Shown here piece by piece: positions 9,763-19,545 of a stretch of 64,000 nt of DNA; the first letter of the stretch is position 1, and each line of letters starts with the position of its first letter. Below the pieces are notes generated by a model that was not told where the DNA came from, did not search any database, and was given only the letters and a program-made list of their open reading frames with translations. The DNA lies in the NCBI GenBank assembly GCA_937625935.1, contig OW569389.1, positions 1 through 64,000 of the forward strand, read 5' to 3'. The position numbers and the translations under genes are program-made. Source of the DNA: Tetramitus jugosus (lineage: Eukaryota > Protista > Heterolobosea).

Positions 9763-10464
9763 TTAACATTCAGATGGGCAATATGATGGAACAACATAGC
9801 TACTATCTTTTGCGTGAGGAGTAAAATCAAAGTATTCAATGGTCCTTGTGGCAACAGAGTCATAACTTCCAGAAGAACTGATGGTACGACTGGTAGTTTC
9901 TTGATGGATCATTGCACAAAGTGGTACTTGTGGACGCTTGTCAAATATTTGTGCAATGTTGTCAGTGTGGACTTGCACCGTTGATTTTCCAGCTCTTTTC
10001 TTTTTTCTTGCGTGATACAATTGAGCTTGGAGTCCAACACCAATTGATATCTCTCTATCGTACTTAAAATCATCAGACACACAAGTGATATATAAAATAT
10101 CAGATGGCTTAGTAGTTCTTCTGCATGAGCAATCTGTTGCATTAAAGACGTACTCGTATCCGAGCAGTGTGTACTTGTCTGTGATGAATCCAAGGGTCGT
10201 ACCCTCTGGGAATGGTCCTTGATTGGCTGGGTACTCTTGATGGAAGTCAATACGATACCTATAGTTATCGAAATCAGGGTAATGCGTGTACGTCATTACA
10301 GATGCACTGTTCTGAGCACAATAAACACCTGAGGAGCATTGAGACGCAGTCATGGAAGAGTCACGTACGGAGACCTTGTGACCTCTTGGCATACAACAGT
10401 AGTACTTTGAGTGAACAAGAGCGAATAGTGCCAAGAATAATGACAGTGTGAGGATGAGTTTCAT
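9763..10464 (-). CDS. Secreted ependymin-related (EPDR) protein
   Basis: Signal peptide, CCMP, YPDFDNYRYRI, CSCRR, CVSDDFKY..ISIG, CAMIHQE and YFDFTP..DSSYVVPSYC give the EPDR cysteine pattern. Intact 233 aa. Confidence 0.75.
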   Translation of the reverse strand: MKLILTLSLFLALFALVHSKYYCCMPRGHKVSVRDSSMTASQCSSGVYCAQNSASVMTYTHYPDFDNYRYRIDFHQEYPANQGPFPEGTTLGFITDKYTLLGYEYVFNATDCSCRRTTKPSDILYITCVSDDFKYDREISIGVGLQAQLYHARKKKRAGKSTVQVHTDNIAQIFDKRPQVPLCAMIHQETTSRTISSSGSYDSVATRTIEYFDFTPHAKDSSYVVPSYCPSEC

Positions 10465-10865
10465 TCTTCTTGTGTGTCTTAAGTTTTATTTCTTTGGAAA
10501 TTGTCAGGTTTGAGCTTCATAAAATGCAAATCCGCGAGTTGAAACTCCGGATGTCACCACAATCGAGGAGTTCAAGAACTCCGTTCATCTCCTGAACTTA
10601 ACACGCGAGCCCAGCGAGCGGAAATCTAGAAGTCTCGTATCCACCCCAGTTGACCAGAACCAACAAAAGTTCAATGAAAGTTTTGGAACCGGATTTTTAA
10701 CAGGGGTCTTGGTTTTGAATGAACGCAGATGGTCGTAGTTGAGCAACCATACTCATTCGTTTAAACCGAGAGGCAATAAAAGCTTTCATATTCTCCAGAG
10801 TAATACAAGCACGGATTAAGTCGTCCCAGTACACACAAAGCACGGAGCAGAATAAAAACACTCAT

Positions 10866-12060
10866 TCAGCACACTAATCCTCCATTTATTTGATTCATTG
10901 CTTTTCTGAACGGAGACTGTGACGGGGTTCTCACCGTGATCAGCATGCGTGCGTTTTCAACCATGGGCAAAAGGCCAATGTCTCTGTTCTTGAAGTCGCA
11001 ATAGTCTCCGTTGAAGCTCTCTCGTCCCACGACTCCTAGCAACGTAATGTGTTTACACTTTGCTACAGACACCGCAAGAAGGATGCCACTTGAGACACAG
11101 GCACCTAGTAAAACCACGATATCGGGGCGTACAATGAGTTTCTTGAGCTCTTGAACTTGATGATGCAGTCTTCCCCTCCATATGATTCTTGCTTCCAACT
11201 CATCTAACATCAACTTCCCTAGCACTGAAATCCACTTTTTGCTCTTGGTTGTCTCCGTGCTGACTAACGAGACGTTCTTTGCAATGTCAGTAGTGCCTGT
11301 GCATCGGGAGAACATAGCCCACAAATATCTTGGATTGACGACATCAAGGCATCTTGAGTAAGTCAACTCAAAGTTCACAAACTGCTTTTAGGCAGCTAAC
11401 CTCAACAATACGTCAGCAATGACTTGTTCTGTGGCAGTGATGTTCACCATCATATCAGCCACCAGTTCAATATCAAGACAAGTAACGGCTGGGTTATCAT
11501 CTCATGCACCCATGAATTCTACAGGCATGATTCCGTTTGTTTGTTAGTTTGTTTGTTGGTGAACAGGACATTATACAAGGCAAAAATTGGAGTTGTACCC
11601 GCGAACAATCAATACATAGGGTGGGCCTTTCTCATCGCACTGGAAAGAATACTGTACGATACATACAACAAACACAGGGTATTTTGGGCAAGAGATTCAG
11701 CGATTCTCGTGCCTGACGGACAGTTCAACTATGTTTCATAGATACCATACTCTCTAACCCAGTTCCGTGCTCTTTGCACGACTTGTTTGTGAGGTTTGAC
11801 GAGCAATACTGACATTCAGTTCCATGTTCTTCTTGTGATGTTTCTTCTGCGTCAATAGTACTTTGTTTTCTTCTTTTACATGGTCTCTTGTACTCGAGAG
11901 CCATGTCAATTTTTTCCAGAACATCTCTCCTTCTCTTCTTTGGAGTCAAGTTTTCATGAAGTTTAACAACAATGAACTTTTGATTTCCTCGGGTCACTAA
12001 TTTGGAACTCTCGATAGATTCGAAGAGATTGTCCTCTGACTCGCTCTTTGTCGACGACAT
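10866..12060 (-). pseudogene. Disrupted gene of unknown family (NLS-like and CxxC N-terminus; possible SLOG-like alpha/beta C-terminus)
   Basis: MSSTK... ORF with KKRRR and CQYC..C..H. A candidate intron (GTATGT..ACTAAC..TAG) lies at ~11520-11665. Coding-like frame DDNPAVTCLD...LRLAA*KQFVNF joins ORF 10866-11378 across stops. Confidence 0.4.
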
Positions 12061-12573
12061 CTTGTCTGTTTGTTTGTGCGTTATTACTGCGAACAAATTG
12101 CTGGCGCCAATAACAAGAGCGCGGACAAAATGAAAAACCGAGTGCCACTACAATGGCACGCAACTCCCACCACTGCCTTCCGCAATGGACGATACTGTTC
12201 ATTCGGAAGACTTTCTTCTAAATGAATTGGCTCAATCGTTTAACCTCAGGAAGCGAGTTTTTTTTTTTCTCTTGGAAGCTAGTCAAAATTTATTACCCAC
12301 AGGAATATTGATACAGTTATTCCTAAAATCTTAAAGGCATTACGTGATACAGAGTGACCATCACCTGGATATTCGAAGAAGTGCGAAGCAAATCTATTCA
12401 AGAAGTGATGCTTTGATCCAGAAAACAATTTAGTAAAGATTGGGTATTTCATACACTTGTATGCAGTTGTTTGTACTCCTACAAGAAGGCTCAAGTCAAT
12501 AACTGTAATCGTCAACATCAATTTTTTTCCTAAAACGGCCATCCCAAAACTAATTTTATTTTTCGAGTACGGG

Positions 12574-15500
12574 TTATTGAGAACTTTGTTCTGTTCTTGT
12601 AACCAACATCACAAGTTTCCTGATAGTCGAATTTCTAATCAATTGTTCAATTGTAATTCTTTTCCCAAACACTTTTTGGATAGTTTCGACAAATATTGGA
12701 TAAGTGAGCGAAGTGGCACCCAAATTGATAAAACTTTCGTCGATTGAAATCTTTTCAATATGAAGAATTGAAGTCCAAACATCACACATTTTCTTGTGGT
12801 CTGGTGTTTCTGGTGCCACGTATTCACCCAACAAATTTGATTTGTCAAATCTTTGATTTGGCATTGGTAGTTTGTTTACATCCACCTTTCCATTCAATGT
12901 TTCTGGAAACTTTTCCATGTGAATTATGAAACTTGGCATCATCCAGGATGGTAATGTTGATTCAATATGTGACCTCACATTTTGTTCTTCATCTGACATA
13001 TAGTATGCAATTAAATACTGTTGATCCAAAATCGTTCTGGTCATCACAACCGCCCTTTTCACACATGGGTGACTTTCGATGGTGCCTATTAATTCATTGA
13101 CTTCGATTCTGTGTCCACGAATTTTTACTTGAAAATCTGTTCTGCCCAAAAATTCGAACTCTCCATCAAAATTCAATTTCACTAAATCGCCTGTTCGATA
13201 CAATCTTCCATCAAGTGTATTCACAAATCTTTGTTTGGTTAATTCATTTTTCATCCAATATCCATCTGCAACACCAATTCCACCAATAAACAGTTCCCCA
13301 ACAGAACCACGTGGAACTAAATTCAAGGTTTCATCCATTACATAACAAACAGTATTTGAAATTGGTTTTCCAATGGTAATCGAATCACAACTTTCAATTT
13401 TCTTGCACAATGACCATATAGTTGTTTCTGATGGTCCATAAACATTGTAGACTTTTGATGTTATCATTAATAATTTTTCGCAAATCTTTGACGTCAATAC
13501 TTCACCACCAACAAGAATAGTCATGTCATTGTTGGGTTGAATATGTGTTCCAATCAAAGAAAATAAAGTGGGTGTTGCTTGCAGAACTGTTGGTTTTTCT
13601 GCATTGATCCAATCAACCAAGTCAACAGGGTTGGAGGCAACACATACTGGACAAACCATTAATTGACATCCAATTATCAGTGGCATAAAAACTTCAAGCG
13701 CCATAATGTCAAACGAAATACTTGTGAGATTCCACACTTTGTCACTCTTCCTCAAATTCAGTCTCTTAGAAAAATATTGGATGACATTCATAATCGAGTT
13801 GTGTCTGATGATACATGCCTTTGGAGCTCCAGTTGATCCAGATGTGTAAATAATGTATGCAATGTTATTGGGTGTCGAATGTTCGATATTTTCTCGCAAT
13901 GTTTTTTCAAGAAGAATATCATCGAGCACCAATATGTTTTGTGCATTTTCCAGTTTAAGAGATGATTTTCTTGTTGCAATTACCAGTACTGGGCATGAGT
14001 CTTCTATCATATAATTCAAACGGTTGATTGGATATGTTGGATCCATTGGTATGTAGCAAGCACCAACCTTGAGGATTGCCAGCATTACCACAATCATATC
14101 ACAACTTCTGTTCATGCATATTCCAACGCTATCACCACATTTTACACCAAATTGATTCATGATGATATGTGCTAGATGATTGGACATATTGTTTAACTCG
14201 AAATAAGTCAATGTTGCGTCCATATAACGTCCATCAGGTGTTGAATATCTAATAACGGCAAAATTTGGTGTTTCTTTTGCCCTTCGATCAATTTCTGCTG
14301 TGATTGACAAGGTTTCTGGCCCATTCAAAATTTCGCCATGTCCAATTTTTTTGATGCAACTCAATTCGTCTTTTGACAATGTTGAAATTTCACTCACTGG
14401 GGTGCAACGATTTAGTTTGTCCAAAAGTTGTTCCAGAATGTGCCCATAGTTCCGCAACATGGAATTAACGAACTTGTCAGAGTAGATACAAGAATGTTCA
14501 ACATCAATCAACAAGCTTCCGTTGTCCAAGTACACATTCCAGCACATAGGGAACATATTTGAATCATGGTGAATATCAATTCTTTCGACTTTCGTGTCTT
14601 TTAAAACCAGTTTAGAATCGCTCTCCATGTTTTGCATCACAAACATCAATGTTGCAGGGTGCATTTCTGAAAACTGCTTGCAAATTGAAAGAATGTCTCT
14701 AAACCCAATTCGTGTATGATCCATTGACTTATGAATGTTTGTGGTGACCAGTTCAATCAAATCACTCAATGTCATTTTAGGATTGATTTTGTTTCTGGCA
14801 ATCATTGGTAAAACTAGCAGTCCAACAGTATTCGATACATATGATTCACCTCTCAGTGCCACTTCGGTGCCAATAGAAATGTCACATTGTCCAGTGTATT
14901 TCAACAACATTAAATTCAAAGAACTTAATAGGACTGCATATGGCGTACAATGAAATAGTGCACAATAAGTTTGCAATTTAGTGCCTATGTTAAATGTCTT
15001 CTTTGTTCTCATACCACCATTCTGTTCCTTGTCACCTTTTAATACCAGTGGTACAAAACCATTCAAATAATTGTTCCAGTACTCAACATCTCTGTAACTG
15101 ATTGAGTTGTCCAAAACAAAATTGCGATAACTGGCAAAATCATTTTTGTTGCCAACAGAAATTTCAGTGCAATATAGATTCGAAATTTTTTCAATAAGGA
15201 GTCTCTCTGAGAATGAATCAATCACGATTCCATGTTTGACAATGATGAGTACATGATGTTTTTCATCCATGCTGTTCCTCAATATTTCAACTCTGACCAG
15301 TGGACCATCACTCAAACAAAATGGATACTGAATAATTTTTGTTGCCTCACTCAACATGAAATCTGGATCAACAATTTTTGGCTCCAACTTGAAACTGAAT
15401 TCGTGTTTTGGTGATTGTTGTAGTATTCCATCGTTCATTTCAATAACACACCTGAGAGCAAAGTGTTGATTAAAAACTGTACTCAATGTTGATTCAAGTG

Positions 15501-17337
15501 CACTCACATCCAATGTCCCCTTGATTGAAAATATTAATGGCAAGTTGTATAAAGGACTTTGAGGGTTCAGCTGTTGGTGATTCCAGACTTCTATTTGGGT
15601 GGATGTCAAGGGCAACGGTTCTAATGTTTCATTACTACTCAAATGTTTTGGGTTACATTCAGGTTTGATGTACTCTACAAATTCTGATACAACTGGATGA
15701 CGTAAAATATCAGAGACCGAAATATTGTATCCTGATTGTGACAGTAACGACGAAACCATTTGGGCAACCATTGAATGGCCACCCAACTCCAAAAAATTGG
15801 CATCACGACCAAGTCCATCCATCTGAAACACTTGTTCAAAAATCTCGACAACAATTTTTTCTAGAGGTGTTTTAGGAGGTTCGTATGAAGTGTTTTTGAT
15901 GCTTGGTGGTTCCAACTTCATTCTGTCTACCTTTCCATGTGCATTCATTGGGAGATGTGTCATACTGACATAATGACTTGGCACTACTGCTGGATGAAGA
16001 TGCTCCTGGAGATGCAAACGAATTTGTTGGCCTCGGTTCTTTCCATTTGAGCAATAATACACAACCAAATATTTTTGATTGTTGGCAGAATTTGTGAAAC
16101 ATCTAACTGCACACTGGCTGATGTTCGAAATCTTGCCCACCAAACTTTCAATTTCTTCAATTTCGATTCTCACTCCTCTAATTTTCACTTGGTTGTCCAC
16201 TCTCCCAATAAATTCCAAGTTTCCATCACAATTCATTCTTACCAAGTCTCCCGTTTTGTATAGTCTACCATACTTTGTCTCAACAAATTTTTGATTGGTA
16301 TAATCGGTCATGCCAAAGTAACCACGTGCAACACCCAATCCACCAATAAACAATTCACCCTCAGAGCATGTATTCATGGATTCGTCGAATATGTACAAAT
16401 CATAACCATCAAATGGTTTTCCAATAACCGATGGATCATCTCCATTCTTAAAAAAATGAAGAGTTGCACCAATTGTAGTTTCTGTTGGACCATATCCGTT
16501 TACCACAGTTCGATTTCCATCACACCAGAACTCCATATTTTTTGAATCAGCCATGTCTCCCATCACAACCAACATTGATAATGAAGGTAAATCCTCTTTG
16601 GGCATCAAAGACAGAAATGCAGGTGTCACACTTACCATGGTAATGTTGTTGTTCTTGATGCATTTATGGATGTCACCAGGTGACAAACAAATTTCATCAT
16701 CTGCAATGTACAAAGTGGCCCCATTGAAGATGGATAGATATATGTCCCAACCAGCTGCATCAAAACCCATGGAAATATAACTCAAAAGTCGCGAATTGGA
16801 GGTCACATGACACAATCTACTGGCACTTTTGATGAAATTTATGATTGAGTGTTGTTCGATCATAACACCTTTGGGTTTTCCCGATGACCCTGATGTGTAA
16901 ATAATGTACGCCAGGGTTGATGAATCATTTGGTTGAACAGATATTTTGGGTGCAGACTCATTCACCATAACGATGGATTTCTGTGCCAGTTTGTCCAAAA
17001 AAATTGCTGGTACAAAATCATCAATTATCATCAATGCTGGATTTACGTCAAGTAAAATATGTGTTAACCTTTCTATGGGATATGATGGATCAAATGGCAC
17101 ATAACATCCTCCAATTTTCATAATTGCCATCATCACTGAAATTAGTTTCCACCCTCTGCTCAAACAAAATCCAATCGGTGTCTCTTGGATTGGTGTTTCC
17201 ATCTTGTCGAGAATCAATGAACACATCCTTTCCGTGTGGTCATAAAGTTGCTGGTATGTTATATGTTCACCCTTGGAAACAATTGCAATCTTGTCAGGGT
17301 GTTGTTTGCATACGGAAGAAAAAAGGCTGTGTATCAT
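12574..17337 (-). CDS. Two-module non-ribosomal peptide synthetase, A-T-C-A-T, intronless, no TE/R domain
   Basis: Two full A-domain motif sets (YTSGSSGKPKG/YTSGSTGAPKA, YGPTE/YGPSE, YKTGDL/YRTGDL, GRxDxQVKIRG, GKVD), two carrier motifs (LGGHS, LGATS) and a C domain (LTSTQ..W, YNLP, HFALR, HGIVIDS). Confidence 0.97.
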   Translation of the reverse strand: MIHSLFSSVCKQHPDKIAIVSKGEHITYQQLYDHTERMCSLILDKMETPIQETPIGFCLSRGWKLISVMMAIMKIGGCYVPFDPSYPIERLTHILLDVNPALMIIDDFVPAIFLDKLAQKSIVMVNESAPKISVQPNDSSTLAYIIYTSGSSGKPKGVMIEQHSIINFIKSASRLCHVTSNSRLLSYISMGFDAAGWDIYLSIFNGATLYIADDEICLSPGDIHKCIKNNNITMVSVTPAFLSLMPKEDLPSLSMLVVMGDMADSKNMEFWCDGNRTVVNGYGPTETTIGATLHFFKNGDDPSVIGKPFDGYDLYIFDESMNTCSEGELFIGGLGVARGYFGMTDYTNQKFVETKYGRLYKTGDLVRMNCDGNLEFIGRVDNQVKIRGVRIEIEEIESLVGKISNISQCAVRCFTNSANNQKYLVVYYCSNGKNRGQQIRLHLQEHLHPAVVPSHYVSMTHLPMNAHGKVDRMKLEPPSIKNTSYEPPKTPLEKIVVEIFEQVFQMDGLGRDANFLELGGHSMVAQMVSSLLSQSGYNISVSDILRHPVVSEFVEYIKPECNPKHLSSNETLEPLPLTSTQIEVWNHQQLNPQSPLYNLPLIFSIKGTLDVSALESTLSTVFNQHFALRCVIEMNDGILQQSPKHEFSFKLEPKIVDPDFMLSEATKIIQYPFCLSDGPLVRVEILRNSMDEKHHVLIIVKHGIVIDSFSERLLIEKISNLYCTEISVGNKNDFASYRNFVLDNSISYRDVEYWNNYLNGFVPLVLKGDKEQNGGMRTKKTFNIGTKLQTYCALFHCTPYAVLLSSLNLMLLKYTGQCDISIGTEVALRGESYVSNTVGLLVLPMIARNKINPKMTLSDLIELVTTNIHKSMDHTRIGFRDILSICKQFSEMHPATLMFVMQNMESDSKLVLKDTKVERIDIHHDSNMFPMCWNVYLDNGSLLIDVEHSCIYSDKFVNSMLRNYGHILEQLLDKLNRCTPVSEISTLSKDELSCIKKIGHGEILNGPETLSITAEIDRRAKETPNFAVIRYSTPDGRYMDATLTYFELNNMSNHLAHIIMNQFGVKCGDSVGICMNRSCDMIVVMLAILKVGACYIPMDPTYPINRLNYMIEDSCPVLVIATRKSSLKLENAQNILVLDDILLEKTLRENIEHSTPNNIAYIIYTSGSTGAPKACIIRHNSIMNVIQYFSKRLNLRKSDKVWNLTSISFDIMALEVFMPLIIGCQLMVCPVCVASNPVDLVDWINAEKPTVLQATPTLFSLIGTHIQPNNDMTILVGGEVLTSKICEKLLMITSKVYNVYGPSETTIWSLCKKIESCDSITIGKPISNTVCYVMDETLNLVPRGSVGELFIGGIGVADGYWMKNELTKQRFVNTLDGRLYRTGDLVKLNFDGEFEFLGRTDFQVKIRGHRIEVNELIGTIESHPCVKRAVVMTRTILDQQYLIAYYMSDEEQNVRSHIESTLPSWMMPSFIIHMEKFPETLNGKVDVNKLPMPNQRFDKSNLLGEYVAPETPDHKKMCDVWTSILHIEKISIDESFINLGATSLTYPIFVETIQKVFGKRITIEQLIRNSTIRKLVMLVTRTEQSSQ

Positions 17338-18534
17338 TTTGATGTCGAATATTTTTGGGTGCGTTTCATTTAGTTGGCCTTTTTATGCTTCCAACATAGT
17401 TACTTTACAATTTTCTCTATTCAATGAAGTCAATGAAGCTCCAACTTACCGAGCAAGGTCACTTTTTGTTTTGTCCCACAAAAAATACTCCTCCTCAAAC
17501 AACCACTCCAACTACATACTGGTACCCTATTACTCAACACTATTGGTGTCTATAACTGCTCGCAGATTTGTGTTTATCAACTCCAGAGTCTCAGTGTATT
17601 TCACAACTTCGTTTGTACCACACCTGTTCCTCAAATCAACCAACAACAGATACAAATAAGATGATGAAGATCAGTATTATTATCAATACTACTATGGCAA
17701 AAGCAATAATAATACCTTGAAAAAAAAATAAACCACAACTGGAATAAGCTCATTGAATCTGTTTTACATCTGCTCTCTAGAAATGATAGCTACAGAAATA
17801 TCTTCCTCGCCTCGACGTGCGTATCGGCACCTTGAAATGTGAACTCTAAACTTGCCAGGCTGATGTCGGCCGTTTCGATCGGGATATCGAGGCACCAATA
17901 GAGGCAACTTATATTCTAATTCACTCTGTTTCCTTTTTTCAATTACGATCGTTCTAATGAAAAAGTGAGTGGGGATATACCCAATAACAATTGCAATGAT
18001 GATCAATGGAATCATAACAGAAAAGATAATAATAACTTCTTTCCGAATAGGATTTCTCTGATCTGATACTACATCCTTCGGCAGGCAAGATGGAGCATAA
18101 AATTCGTGAAAAGAATGCTTATGTTGTCTCTCCACAATGAGGTAATATGAGTATTGATGAACAGAGAAAGCTATAATTTTTCGAATGCTGATTTAATTTT
18201 CCTCTGTGCTCGCTCAAAACTCGCTGTCACTCAAGGTGTTAGATATCGATCGTCAACGTTTAGACATTATTGCGTCTCTTTGCTTCATGCCGTCAATCTG
18301 GAAGACCTTACGATACGGTGTGAGATTCCAGATTTTGGCCTATTCCAACATTTAACTCAATTCGTTCATTGAAGTTCTTGAAGATTGGAACTGTTAGAGA
18401 CGAAATTGATCAATCCAACTTCGTCTTCGAGATTGATTGTTGAACTAGCTCATTCGAACACGACACTTGACTCTTGTAGTTCAAAAAGTGCACACAAAAC
18501 AACAACACAACAGTCATCAAACAACAACAAGCAA

Positions 18535-19081
18535 ATGACTCACCCAAAACAACAACAAGCAAAAAAGAATATGAAAATGTCTCTTGGTGCATTCACACAA
18601 ACGATTGTACAAGAGATCGATAACGATGAACATTATAAAGTTTACGATTTACTTGAAGATCAAATGCATGAGGGTGCTGCTATCCATGTTGATTTGAACC
18701 AAATTGACGTTGAAGAACAAGTCCGTTCTGCTGCGACAGAAAATGTGGTGCAACTACAACAACAACAACAACAGCATGCAAATGCTAGCTATGACGTCGA
18801 TGAATCAACTTTGCATGACATGACAGACTCTGCCATTGCAAAGATTTTGCAAGAACAAGAAGACGCAAAGCTTGCAATACGACTCAGTCGGTCACAAGAC
18901 TCTCAATTGAAGGCTGCTGTTGCTTCTGCCAAGATAAAATATCAAAAATTCTCAGTGCTGTCCTCTGCTACGACCAACATACCTGTTCTCAGAGGTATGG
19001 ACGACGATGAAATTTCAAATAATTTCAATGAAGATGAAGATAAAGATGAAGAAGAAGATGAATATGATGATGATGATTCAA
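18535..19081 (+). pseudogene. 5' part of a gene with UIM-like helices and an acidic tract (RIO3-kinase N-terminus-like, tentative), truncated
   Basis: MTHPKQQQ...DSAIAKILQEQEDAKLAIRLS...DEDKDEEEDEYDDDDS. Beyond 19081 the ORF is just the antisense of EGF repeats. Confidence 0.45.
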
Positions 19082-19384
19082 GGTACATACATCTGCTCCC
19101 TCACAGCTGCCTCGACCATAACAAACTTGAGAATCGTTGGCAAGCAATCCAAAACAATCGTAAAAAGCGCCGCACTCTTCCCCGAGACTATGTGCATGAC
19201 AGGAGCATGTATTAGGAGCGATGCAATATCCTTGGTTGTTGCAAATCCTGTTATCAGTTCCATTTCTGTTGAAACAATCATACTGTGATGGAGTGACCAG
19301 ATAGGGTTCAATACGTGCTCCATCTGAAACATCAAAAATTCTGCCCTTAATACTCGACTGGTCGTGTTGCAGTAATAACGCCAA
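19082..19384 (-). pseudogene. EGF-like repeat fragment
   Basis: CFNRNGTDNRICNNQGYCIAPNTCSC..GEEC..DCFGLLANDSQVCYGRGSCEGADVC, the same EGF type as in 58980-62750. It stops mid-repeat at 19082. Confidence 0.8.
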
Positions 19385-19545
19385 TAATTTTCTCTCAAGT
19401 CGATTATGAGCCCAGTGCTATCTCCGTAAACTGTCAAGAATCCCAGGACGTCCATGTGTTTCTTATTGACCTTGAGTTGAAAAAGGCTAATTAAATGATC
19501 AAACAGGCTTCTTTGATGAAGTTCACAAAAATTGATACGACGAGT

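Noticed and set aside
10530-10770. tRNA/SINE from GGAGTTCAAGAACTCC and neighbouring small hairpins
   Set aside because: No cloverleaf or A-box spacing; the stretch could equally be a coding fragment.
12279-12542. Detached thioesterase/reductase for the NRPS
   Set aside because: No GxSxG or GxxGxxG motif in the frames examined downstream of the NRPS stop.
17407-17414. Mimivirus-type early promoter upstream of the NRPS (AAAATTGT vs AAAATTGA)
   Set aside because: One mismatch in AT-rich DNA and no viral hallmark genes nearby; too weak to claim viral origin.
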